Shown here: one piece after another, positions 40,661-64,000 of the stretch
Numbering within the stretch: position 1 is the first letter of the stretch
How the letters are laid out: every line of letters starts with the position of its first letter
Source of the DNA: the human T2T-CHM13v2.0 reference genome, Homo sapiens
Reading direction: 5' to 3' (one strand)
Assembly (NCBI RefSeq): GCF_009914755.1
Contig: NC_060925.1
Length of the DNA stretch: 64,000 nucleotides
Translations under genes and position numbers: made by a program
Notes under the pieces: model-generated
What the model was told of the DNA's origin: nothing
Seen by the model: the letters and a program-made list of their open reading frames with translations, nothing else
The model's database searches: none

Positions 40661-41320
40661 GTACTAATATTGGCCAATCCCAGGTAAGACATTTTAGCAA
40701 ATCCAGCCTGATGCCCAATTTTATCAATAAAGTTTTACTGGAACACACCCATCCCCAATACAAAGTCAAAGTTGAGCACTTGCAACAGAGACTGTATAGC
40801 CCATAAAACCTATATTTACTATTTGGCTCTTCACAGAAAATTAATTAGAAAGTTTACCAATCTTTAACTTAGAGAGTTGCTAGAATCTTATCCACCTCAA
40901 AGAGCAGTATTAGTAAGCTCTTACTATTAACATAGTGCATAGCCTATCAAAGTTGTAATTCCAGAGCCATCAATTTGAACTGTGAGTAATGGAGATTAGT
41001 GACATACATAAAGTTCCAGCAGGAGCATCATCAATCTCAGTTTAATTATTTTTAAGTCTATTTCAAATTTAGAGTATTCCAATTGATTGAACTGCAATAT
41101 ATACTATTAGTCATACAAAATATAGACATATATATAGTATGTCTGAAATATTTGATTAACCCTTTCTCTAGCCATCACTGAGAATTTATAATATGGGTTC
41201 CAACCAGAGTTGAATTACATGTAAAACATACCGACATACTATGCCCTAAAACAATTACATGGCATTAACATGACTTTTAATCAACCACACACTTAGCAAT
41301 TAGCCATGCTTGATACATAC

Positions 41321-41394
41321 CTAAATAATGTATATTTGCCTTGTGAATCCAACTTGTTAATATACAGCTGAAGCATAGCTAAACTCTTTTTCCT
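41321..41394 (-). CDS. GLMN: Glomulin exon 13 (74 nt)
   Basis: cattttag|RKKSLAMLQLYINKLDSQGKYTLF+AG|gtatgt. Confidence 0.95.
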
Positions 41395-41601
41395 CTAAAA
41401 TGGAACAAACAATATTATTATATAAAATGAATAAAGCTTACCCAGACTTCATCACTATCCATTTTATGCATGTAATACATCCACACTTGTACCTCCTAAA
41501 TAAAAATTTCACAAATTAAAATTTTTAAAAAGAAAATTAAATTATTTGTCAAATTTTCTCACTGTAACTCATTATTCTTTAGTCACCAAATATTTACATA
41601 C

Positions 41602-41643
41602 CAGTGTCTCAATGGGGCAAAGTGTCATTACTTTCACTAAGCC
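41602..41643 (-). CDS. GLMN: Glomulin exon 12 (42 nt)
   Basis: tttccag|GLVKVMTLCPIETL|gtatgt. Confidence 0.94.
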
Positions 41644-42323
41644 CTGGAAATAAAAAAATGTAAAATTCAGATGTAAACAGATTATACTGACTGCAAACAA
41701 ACAACTATAATACATCAATAGGATACTAAAAATTCAGAGAAGTGAGGGTAGGAGATTTAAAAGTGAAGTAAATTAATTTTTCCCTAAGCCTTCCATTCCA
41801 GAAAGCTAACTACAATTGATTTTTTAAGTGATATTGAGTAGAGTGTCACACAGTGTACTTTTAAAAGCAAACGATAATTTTCAATTATGTCTACAGTGGC
41901 AAGAAAATGAAATCAAATCTACAGAAATATAATTTATTAATTAAAAACAATCAAACAATATGTTAACAAAAACCATGTTTTTCTATTTAAATATTAGGAA
42001 AACCAGTTCCCACACTGAAATCTAAGGATTTCCTTGGATATCATAACTAACAAAGAGGATTGGGCAAAATAAACCATAGGAGGGAAAAACACAATGTGTA
42101 TTAGTCTTTCTGGTAATGAGTCAGTGGATGCCTTAGATGGAGTCCTGAGAACTTGAGTTATGAGAAACATAAAGAAGCTTCATTTTCCAAGATCCCTACA
42201 GAAATAAAGTGTTAAAAGAAGAAAGTTATGCTTTTCTACTGGATGCTGTGCTATCAATAATGGTGGCCTCTAATAGCTATTCGTGTTTAAATAAATTAAA
42301 ATTTAAATTTGAAACTTAGTTCC

Positions 42324-42637
<314 letters not shown>

Positions 42638-42814
42638 TCAAGTGTTCAGTTTGGCTAGTGGCTTTCATATTGTCAAAGTTCTACTGGACAGCATTACACC
42701 AGAGTTTTCAAAGGTTGCAGAGAAAAGAGTGGGAAAGGAATCAGAAAAGACCTTACTTTAAGTTCAGAACAGGCAAAGGGCTATTTTCAATATTAGAATA
42801 CATATTTTATTTAC

Positions 42815-42904
42815 CTGAGGTACAGTAAGAAAACTCTTGATTTCTAAGTACTGGTAAAGTAGACTATTGTCTTCTATTCTCAATAAACTATTCTCCAGCA
42901 GCTC
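42815..42904 (-). CDS. GLMN: Glomulin exon 11 (90 nt)
   Basis: tctgtag|ELLENSLLRIEDNSLLYQYLEIKSFLTVPQ|gtaaat. Confidence 0.95.
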
Positions 42905-43006
42905 CTACAGATTAAAATATATGCAGATACATATATAGTGAAGTCAACAGCTGTTATTTGTTGACATAACTATGTATTTAAGTTATAATGGGAACAAACA
43001 TCTTAC

Positions 43007-43037
43007 CAATCCTTTGGAGATAACAGACTCTTCTGTT
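43007..43037 (-). CDS. GLMN: Glomulin exon 10 (31 nt)
   Basis: tttttcag|A+TEESVISKGL|gtaaga. Confidence 0.93.
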
Positions 43038-43816
43038 CTGAAAAATAATATTAAAATTTATCATGAATTTGTAAACTATTTTAGAATGATACTTCATCTT
43101 ATGAAAAATACAGCAAAAACTGAAATTTTAACACTTTTAAAATGCATATCATTAAGGAGAAATTCTGTTGAAGAACTTGATCAAAAGTTTTAATCCATCT
43201 TTGATCTGTCTTTCGGTTTGGCTAAGGCCACTAAATCTGACCAAAATAAATCTACTCAGGGATTATTTCCTAACTTCAAAACAATAGATCTTCAACAGCA
43301 AGTGCTAAGAAACTAACTAAACCTGATATAACCAATGCTATATATTCCAGTTGATTATTCTGTAAAATCTTTCCAATTCTTTTTATTCAAAAAAAGACTC
43401 AATGACTCTGCAGTTTGGAAATCTCAAGAATTTAGGACTTAGATTCAAAACAATACATATTATCACTGTATGAATAACAGAAACTAAATGTAATGAATAT
43501 AAAATCATTAAAACATACATAATACAGCAAATTTACAGAATTAGTAACTACTTGTGCCAGGAGACCCTTGGAAATTCCTGCCTTGTATGCTGAAGCTTTG
43601 GACATTGCCATGTTACAAATCTTCCTTCACCTGGTAAGAGATGGGACTGATAAACTGTCACTAGTGTTCATAGAGGATAATTGCAAAGCCCTAACTGATC
43701 TCAGGGGATAATTTAAACATGTTACATGTTATAGTGAAAGAAAACAAAGCATATAGTTCTGTGAAATTCTTTAATTTCTGTCTAGAAATTATGTATACCT
43801 GTTACTCTGTAATTAC

Positions 43817-44101
43817 CTTTTTTTTTTTTTTTCTTTTGCGACAGGGTCTTACTCTGTTGCCCAGGCTGGACTGCAGTGGCATGATCTCTGCTCACTGCAG
43901 CCCAGACCTCCCAGGCACAGGTGATTCTTTCACCTCAACCTCCCAAGTAGCTGGGACAACGGGCAGGCGCCACCACTCCTGGCTAATTTTTTCTATTTTT
44001 TGTAGAGAGAGAGACTGGTTTCGAACTCCTGGGGTCAAGCAATCCTCTCGCCTTGGTCTCCCAAAGTGCTGGGATTATAGGCGTGAGCCACCGTGCCTGG
44101 C
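43817..44101 (-). mobile_element. AluJ in GLMN intron 9
   Basis: Antisense dimer. Confidence 0.88.
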
Positions 44102-44623
44102 TTTTTTTTTTTTTTTTTAAATAGAAAGTCCTGCTGCTTAGCACCTCAAATGAGAAAAGTTGTAATTGAATGACATCACTGTCAATAATCTAAATTATAA
44201 AAGGTGGAAGTCAAGACACCTCCTTCCTTTTGATGCAATTCACAGACTGTGTCCATGAAGGAAAAATACGGAAGAACTTCTTTTATTGACTGCCCTTCCT
44301 TAAGATGGAGGAGGATGCAGTGGGGTAGAGGTGTTTTAATTTACCAACTTTTGGAATAAGAGAAGAAACCTTAGAAACAGATGACTGTAAAAGCCCTTAA
44401 GACAAAATCTTAATACTGTCTTAAGTTTAAAATAAAACAGACTTTGGTGTAAAACCTCCTTGACTCATTTCTGTCTCTCTCGTGAATTATTTGCCTCGCT
44501 GTTTTATAAAATAACCAATTAATTAATTAGAGCTTAGCAAAGAAAAGGCAGTCTCCGCTGATCTTAACAAGGACTATTTTAACACTACTATTTCATTTTG
44601 AGATACCATCTAAACGATCTTAC

Positions 44624-44677
44624 CTTTGCAAAAAGACTTCAATGTGCCCCATATTAAACTGCAAAAGGTACAATGGG
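44624..44677 (-). CDS. GLMN: Glomulin exon 9 (54 nt)
   Basis: attttag|C+PLYLLQFNMGHIEVFLQ+AG|gtaaga. Confidence 0.94.
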
Positions 44678-44744
44678 CTAAAATAGAAACAAAACAAATA
44701 TATATATTATACACACACACAGAGATATGTACACACATACATAT

Positions 44745-45168
44745 TGTTATGGGTTGAATTGTATCTCCCCCAAAAAAGATATGTTGGAGTCCTAACCTCT
44801 AGTACCTCAGAATTTGACCTTATTTGGAGATAGGGTTATGGAGGTAATCAATTTAAAATGAGATTATTAGGGTGGGCCCTAATCCAATATGACTGTTGTC
44901 CTTATGTAAAAGGAAAGTTTGGAGACAGACACAAGCACACAGGGAGAACAGCATACGAACATGAAGGCAGAGAACAGGATAATGCATCTACAAGCCAAAG
45001 ACCATCAAAGATTGTGAGCAAATCACCAGAAGCCAGGAGAGAGGCATGGAGAAGATTCTCCTTCACAACCCTCAGAAGGAGCATCCAGAACTATGAGACA
45101 AACTATTTCTGTTATTTCAACCATCCAGTTGGTAGCACTTTTTTACAGGAGCCCTAGCAAGTTAATAT
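44745..45168 (+). mobile_element. MLT1B-like MaLR solo LTR
   Basis: tgttatgggttgaattgt...gaccttatttggagataggg...ggtgggccctaatccaatatgact...gccctagcaa. Confidence 0.85.
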
Positions 45169-45189
45169 ACATATGCTGTATAAGTTATT

Positions 45190-46060
45190 TTGGTGATAGA
45201 ATGTGATGCTTAAGAGTATAGGCTCTGGGGTCAGACAGAGCTATCTGCATCCCACCTATGCCACAAAGTAGTTAGATCTTCAGTGGTATATTAACTTGTC
45301 TAAGCCTGTTATTTTCATCTGTAAAATGAGAGAATGCTCTATTTCACAGGCTTATTATAAGGATGAGATAATGCATATAAAGTTATTAGCATAATGTTTC
45401 ATACATGGTGAACATGCAAATGATAGCCAGTATTTCAACATTTACATACGAATGTACTCCTAGCTATATTCATATATAAATGCACAAACTCACACAAATA
45501 CCCAATGCCTATAAGACAAATACACAATCCTTATTATCATAGAACTCAAAGTCCAGAAGATATTACATTATAAAATTATATATTTTAAAAATAATTTTAA
45601 TAAACATTGTGGGAAAAGAAGACAAGGTCAAGGTAATTATAATAGAAGGATTCAACCTAAATTGGGTGGTGAGTGAAGGCTTTCTTCAGAAAGTGACATT
45701 TAAGGATAAAGAGAATTTTAAGCATATACAAAGGCCAAATAGGAAAATTCATAACATTTAAACTAGAAACAAAAGAAGGTCTGTGTCACTGGAGCATAGT
45801 AAACAAGAGGAAAGGTGGTAGGAGATGAATCAGGTCAATTAAGCAGGGACCAGACCAGGCACAAGTTTGTCTCAGAAGTTATGCAAAGGCATTAAGACTT
45901 TATTCTTAAAGCAATAAAAAGCCACTGGAGGGTTTTCAGTAAGGGACTTCTTTTAAGGCTTCGCTTTCTGGTATGTTGAGAATGTGTTAAATTAAAAGGA
46001 AGTAAAAGTAGATATATAAATCCACTCAGGATTACAGCAGTAATCCAGTGAAAAGATGAT
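45190..46060. mobile_element. MIR and L2 fragments
   Basis: ttttcatctgtaaaatgag (MIR core); gaaagtgacatttaag, aagccactggagggtttt (L2). Confidence 0.7.
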
Positions 46061-46365
46061 GATACCCCTGGGTACCTGGCTAGTTCCAGGGTGGTCTCAA
46101 AAGCTTCAAAACCAAGCCCTGTTTATCATCTTCTGATTCTTGTCCCCACCATTCCCTTACACCTATTTCAACACTCCCCACTTTCATTACTTGTCTACTG
46201 CTATCTTTAACAGATTATAGCTGGGATCATTCTTATTAAAAATAGCCTTTACTATTTATTTAAAATGTATTAGTGTGTTAATATGCATATATTGGACATT
46301 AGATAAATGAGAATTTTATGAAATTCCTTTTAGAATACATGAATAAACCAAACACTAACTCTTAC

Positions 46366-46553
46366 CTTAAGACCATTGGAAGCTGATCAATATGGATGCC
46401 CTGTACAAATACTAGATATGCCAGAGAAGCCATTGAGTCTGCTAACTGTTTATTTTCTTCTTCTTCAAATTCAAGGTAATTCCAAGTTCTCTTTTTCCTT
46501 CCATGATTAAAAATCATTTTGGGGAAAGGGTGTCCAATTGCTGATAAAAAACC
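46366..46553 (-). CDS. GLMN: Glomulin exon 8 (188 nt)
   Basis: ttcatag|GFLSAIGHPFPKMIFNHGRKKRTWNYLEFEEEENKQLADSMASLAYLVFVQGIHIDQLPMVL+AG|gtaaga. Confidence 0.96.
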
Positions 46554-46581
46554 CTATGAAATGGATAAAAAAGGAAACCAT

Positions 46582-47282
46582 AGCACACAGACTCTAAAAT
46601 GCCCCCCACCCCGTGTATTCAAACTCCACATTCTCACCAAGGGGAGGTGTAATCACTCCCTTTGAGCGTGAGTGGGACCTATGAGACTTGCTTTCAACCA
46701 ACAGAATGCGCCAAGATGTCACTCCCATGATTAGATTATATGACAAAAGTGAAGGGGTTTTTGCAGATGTAATTAAGGTCCCAAATCAGTAGATTTTGAG
46801 TTGGGTGGCCCTAACTTAATCAGGTATATTTTTAAAGGGGGTCCAGGCCTTCCCTGAGAGTCAGAAACTTTGCTCTCTGACTCTCTCCCTTGCTGGCTTT
46901 AAAGAACTAAGCTGCCATGTTATGAGAAGGCTCATGGACAGAACTACATGGCAAGGGACCAACTACAGGCAGCTCCTAGAAGCTAAATGTGGTCCCTGGC
47001 TGACAGCCAGCAAGAAAATGGGGACCTCAGTCCTACAGCTTAGAGGAAATGAATTCTGCCAGCGGAGGAAACCTGAAAGTGGATCTTTCCCCAGTTAAGC
47101 TTCTGATAAGACTACAGACCCAGTCAACAACTGGCCTGTAGCCCAATGAGACCCTGAGCAGAGGACCCAATTAAGCTGTGGCTGGACTCCTGATCCATAG
47201 AAACTGTGAGATAACAAAGGTATGCTGTTTTAAACTGCTAAGTTTGCAGGAATTTGTTATACAGCAATGAAAAACTAATACA
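46582..47282 (+). mobile_element. MLT1E-like MaLR solo LTR, about 30 nt from the GLMN exon 8 acceptor
   Basis: ttttgcagatgtaattaaggtcccaaatcag, acagccagcaagaaaatggggacctcagtcctacag, end aaaactaataca. Confidence 0.85.
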
Positions 47283-48342
47283 GAAGCCAACAGCAAAATC
47301 GTATTTTACATAGCATTTTATACATCAGAAGTATTCTAAATTAATTCAGAATCATAGTTTAAAAAGTTTAAAATGATGAATTTTATGTATATTTCACCAC
47401 AATTTTTTTTAAAAAAGTGCTTCAGGGATATTTGAGAGCAATCTGAAACGTGAGACATACAAATATATGAAGCAAGGGTAAAGCAACTAAGATGAAGAAT
47501 ACTCTAGGAACAATGCTCCACTAACATTGTGCCTGTAGAGAGTGGGATGCAGGAACGCTGGGCAGGGCAGCTGGGCCTGAGGAAACACTGTTGATCTCTC
47601 AGTCATCAGGGTTCTCATGTGAGATGAGAAAGAGAAGCATCCTTGCATGAGTGGGTAGGACCACAGGGCTAAATAAAGCTTTCCGCTCAGGAAACAAGAT
47701 CACTCCTATGCCTCTTATACTGGTACTAATTCTAGCGTACCAGAAAGCACCTACCTTCAGAATCCACTGACATTGATTTTGAGTTTTGGCTCTACCATTT
47801 ACTACTTGTGTGACACTGGATGAGCCATAAAATGACATAATACCTATGTCAAATATTTATCGAGCAGCTCCACAAAAAAAGCGTAAGAAAGTTAAAGTCA
47901 CAACAAACTACAAGAGTTAAAAGGGAATGAATGACAAAAACAGCTAAAGCAGAATGAATAACTTCCACACAAGTCACTCTTTTATTCAATAAACACTTAA
48001 GTGCAAGGTGCTGGGCCTGACTTTGTGGGGAATTATAAAGCCAAGTATAAGTCTTTTCCAGCCTTCAGGGACTTAAAATCTGCTGATCCCAGATGGTTCC
48101 ATTAGTCATTTCAGAATACAAAAAGGAACCATGGAAAATCATCCTCAGTCACAAGAGACTGCTATTCAGCGACCAGATGCTAAATATATACTGCTGCAGT
48201 GATTTTCAAAGCCATGCATTCTGGTTATAGCTACAAGACAAAAAGTTTATTGCACTCTGATTCCAAATGTCCTTAATCATGAAGCTCCATTTCTTTATTC
48301 AGCCAATGCTACATGTGTTTTTTCCAGAGTAAGGTAGCCCTG

Positions 48343-48658
48343 TTTTTTTTTTTTTTTTTTTTTTGGCGACAAGGTCTCACTCTGTCACTCAGGCTGGAGT
48401 GTAGTGGCATGATCGTGGCTTACTGCAGCCTTGACTTCCCCAGGCTCAAGCAATCCACCCTCCTCAGTCTCCTGAGTAGCTAGGACTACTGGTACATGCC
48501 ACCATGCCCGCTATTTTTTTTTTATTTTTTTTATTTTTTATAGAGATGGGGTTTCGCCATGCAGCCCAGGCTGGTCTTGAACTCCTGGGCTTAAGTGATC
48601 TGCCCACCTTGGCCTCCCAAAGGCCTGGGCCTACAAGCGGGAGCTACCGTGCCCAGCC
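48343..48658 (-). mobile_element. AluJ
   Basis: Antisense dimer with poly(T). Confidence 0.9.
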
Positions 48659-49299
48659 TAAGATACCCTTTTTAAAACATTATTATATGCAACTAGATTC
48701 TACAGTGCTGCTCTGGATATCTGAGATCCAATCTGTTCCCAAATCTGGGCCTTCACTATCTATCCACACACCATCCAGCAGTCTTGCTCAGATCCAGGCT
48801 GTACCTGGCACCATACAATTTCTCAATATTCATGGCAGCTTTTGTCCTTTCAGAAATGTTCCTGTACTACAGCCTTTGGGACATTCTAGTAGTTCTGTAC
48901 CAAAATAACTTGTACCAAAGTGAGGATGGCTGAGGCCTGTGAATCCCAACCACACCACACTTACCAGTACTTCTCCAGCACAGAACAGAAGACATCTCCT
49001 CATTTCATCTCCAAGCTGGTCTCACCTCTACTTCTAGACTGCTATGTGCATCCTTACTGCTGGCTCTTTCTACTTGCAATGTTCCTTCTACTGAGATTTT
49101 AGAACCACTCACCTACATCCTCAGTCTCTTCATAGGATGCTTGTTCTGCCTCACTGCTTTAACTAAACCTGTCTGATTTCTGGTGGGAGATGCTCATTCT
49201 CACACCTTTTATACCACAGGGCCTGGAATGCAGCTGTTGGGTAGAGGAGTACAGGTAGGGGCTTAGCACAGTATTGTAGTATTGGCTTTTTCTGTACTT

Positions 49300-60530
<11,231 letters not shown>

Positions 60531-61399
60531 GAAATCACCTTACATACATGCTCAATCCCTTGCCCCCCTCTTGCTCTCTACAACTTACCCTGTTCTTAAA
60601 ACCCCACCCTAATTCAACCAAATGTTACTCCTATGCTGCACCTGCACTCATGTAGCTGAACATGGCTGAAGAAAACTACACAGCCACATGGACTTTCTCT
60701 TTTGAAATTCAGAAACATCAACTTAAAATAAATTTTTTAATATTTCAGATTATTTCTCTAATACAGAATCTGAGCACATTTTAAAATACTATTGATGCAT
60801 AAAGCCAAATTGCTTTTAAAATAAAATTTACTTAAATATGGAGCTATTTTGAAAATATTTATCACAGGGCATGGAATTTCCACTCTAGGAGTTTTAAGGA
60901 AATAATTTGAAAAGTATGCAAAAATTTAATTACTAGGTTACTTATCATAGACTTAACAGTTAAAAAAAGAAAACTTGGAGTTGTCCTACAATAATGGAAA
61001 ATTAGAAACAATCCAAATGTTGAACTATATGGCACAGGTGAAATACATTATACTAAGTCCATACCATGGAACACTATTAAGCCAATGGAAAAATATTCAT
61101 AATATACTGTTGAAGAGGAAAAAGGTAGATTACAAGATTATATATATATATAAAATCTTTGAAAAATTTATATATATGTATTATTATAAATAAGTATATA
61201 AGAAAAAAGCCTGGAGGATGTTAATATTTATCTTTGGATAATAAAATTATTGCTGTTTTATTTTCCATCTTTTGTTTATGTGTGTTCTACAAAAAATACA
61301 CATTTCTTTATTAATGAATGTATCAATTTACATGTGCAGTACTGAGAATATAGTGGGATAACATTTAAGATTATAGCAGATTAAATTAGCTGTACTTAC

Positions 61400-61502
61400 T
61401 ATTATTTCTGATGCAAAATACCTGAAAGGATCATTTCCACCTTCTTCAGACTGTTCAAAGAATTGTGCTGTCAGCAAAGGGCATTTCAAGCTTTTGAAAC
61501 AA
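61400..61502 (-). CDS. GLMN: Glomulin exon 7 (103 nt)
   Basis: tgccttag|T+CFKSLKCPLLTAQFFEQSEEGGNDPFRYFASEII|gtaagt. Confidence 0.95.
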
Positions 61503-61604
61503 CTAAGGCATAAGAAATAGGTAACTATGAAATCAACACTTCCAAGTATAAAATCCCTAGGTCTTCAAATCTAAGTTAATTTTACTTGAAAAATAACATA
61601 AGCA

Positions 61605-61922
61605 CTGCTATGGTTTGAATGACTCTGCTCTCCAAAACTCATGTTGAAATTTAACTGCCATAAGGAGGTGGGAATTAGGCCAAGGGGGCTCCACTCTCAC
61701 GGATGAGATTAATGCTGTTATAAAAGGGCAAGTTCAGCCCACTTTTGCCTTTTGCCCTTTTACCTTCAGCCACATTATGACACAGCTAGAAGGCCCTTGC
61801 CAGATGCCAGCGCCTTAATTGCAGACTTCCCAGCCTCCAGAACTGTGAACCAATGAATTTCTGTTCATTATAAATCACCCAGTCTTAGGTATTCTGTTAT
61901 ATCAGCACAAATGGATTAAGAC
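61605..61922 (+). mobile_element. MST (MaLR) solo LTR with internal deletion
   Basis: tgctatggtttgaat...aaactcatgttgaaatttaa...ttcccagcctccagaactgtga...ggattaagaca. Confidence 0.85.
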
Positions 61923-62251
61923 AAGCATCAATAACTCAATGGTCTATAAAACTGGTGATGTAACGTCGTTCGTACTAGTAATGGGGAGAACATGAGAACA
62001 CCTTGCTAGACTCAACATGCTAAGACTGACTTCTACATCTGAACTATTCCATTGAATTCTGAATGTTTGAGGGCTGGTGCTAGTCTATGATGTTGTTTTC
62101 ATTAGTTCAAAGAAAAAATCAAGAAATACAGTCATTTTTTCACACAGCTCTATTTGTTTTATTTAGAAAACCAAACTTTATTCTGTGATTAAGCCTTTCC
62201 TATTTCTTTAGTTAAAATACCTTTTCTTTTATGAAATAATGGGTTTTATAA

Positions 62252-63637
<1,386 letters not shown>

Positions 63638-63823
63638 CTATAATTTTTTAAAATATAAATGTCTCAAGTTCCCATGCTGTATCAACTGAACCCCACATTC
63701 TTCTAAAATTCAAAATCTGAAACTAGATTTCTATTTACATGTCAAACAAAGTGAAGAAACATAAAATAACTGAACTATCAATTACTTAAGTCCACTGTGA
63801 GATGTTCTTAAAATTATACTTAC

Positions 63824-64000
63824 AATTTCAGTAATTCATCCTTTAACTTTTCATTTTCCAGTGAGTTTTCTTTGTTATCAATGACTTCTTCCACAAAAGG
63901 CTTAGTGAACTCTATTAAGGCCTTGCAACACTGACAAAGGCCATAGTCATCCATTTGTATTTGTTCTTTTGAGTATGGAACAGGAAGAAGAGATAGCTGA
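63824..64000 (-). CDS. GLMN: Glomulin exon 6 (partial, runs off window end)
   Basis: QLSLLPVPYSKEQIQMDDYGLCQCCKALIEFTKPFVEEVIDNKENSLENEKLKDELLK+TT|gtaagt. Confidence 0.95.

Noticed and set aside
40910-40925. tagtaag-ct-cttacta hairpin
   Set aside because: A 7-bp AT-rich stem is expected by chance in 64 kb.

Overview
Primate, apparently human, genomic DNA from the C1orf146 (SPO16/SCRE)-GLMN locus (1p22 from memory). All five coding exons of C1orf146 lie on the + strand (6332-20576) and splice by hand to the 180-aa protein. It converges tail-to-tail with GLMN (glomulin) on the - strand: 14 coding exons (conventionally exons 6-19) are present, the first cut by the window end. None of these short exons is properly captured by the ORF track. 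The introns hold three long, inactivated L1PA elements, about 30 Alus, MaLR/ERVL LTRs, hAT MITEs, L2/MIR and old L1M fragments. Most notable: (1) a chimeric processed pseudogene fusing the 5' end of BTF3L4 mRNA in frame to the 3' part of ACTG1 mRNA at a 2-nt microhomology, leaving an uninterrupted 152-codon ATG-led ORF; (2) an L1 whose 5'UTR lacks exactly the GT..AG intron seen in the unspliced L1 in this same window (SpIRE97/622 type); (3) inverted Alus bracketing the 85-nt GLMN exon whose skipping yields the FAP48-type C-terminus, with a competing third Alu; (4) an Alu plus full-length L1 enclosed by one TSD; (5) two direct-orientation L1s whose recombination would delete GLMN exons 8-16 in frame. 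Gene and subfamily names come from recalled sequences, not searches; repeat boundaries are approximate.
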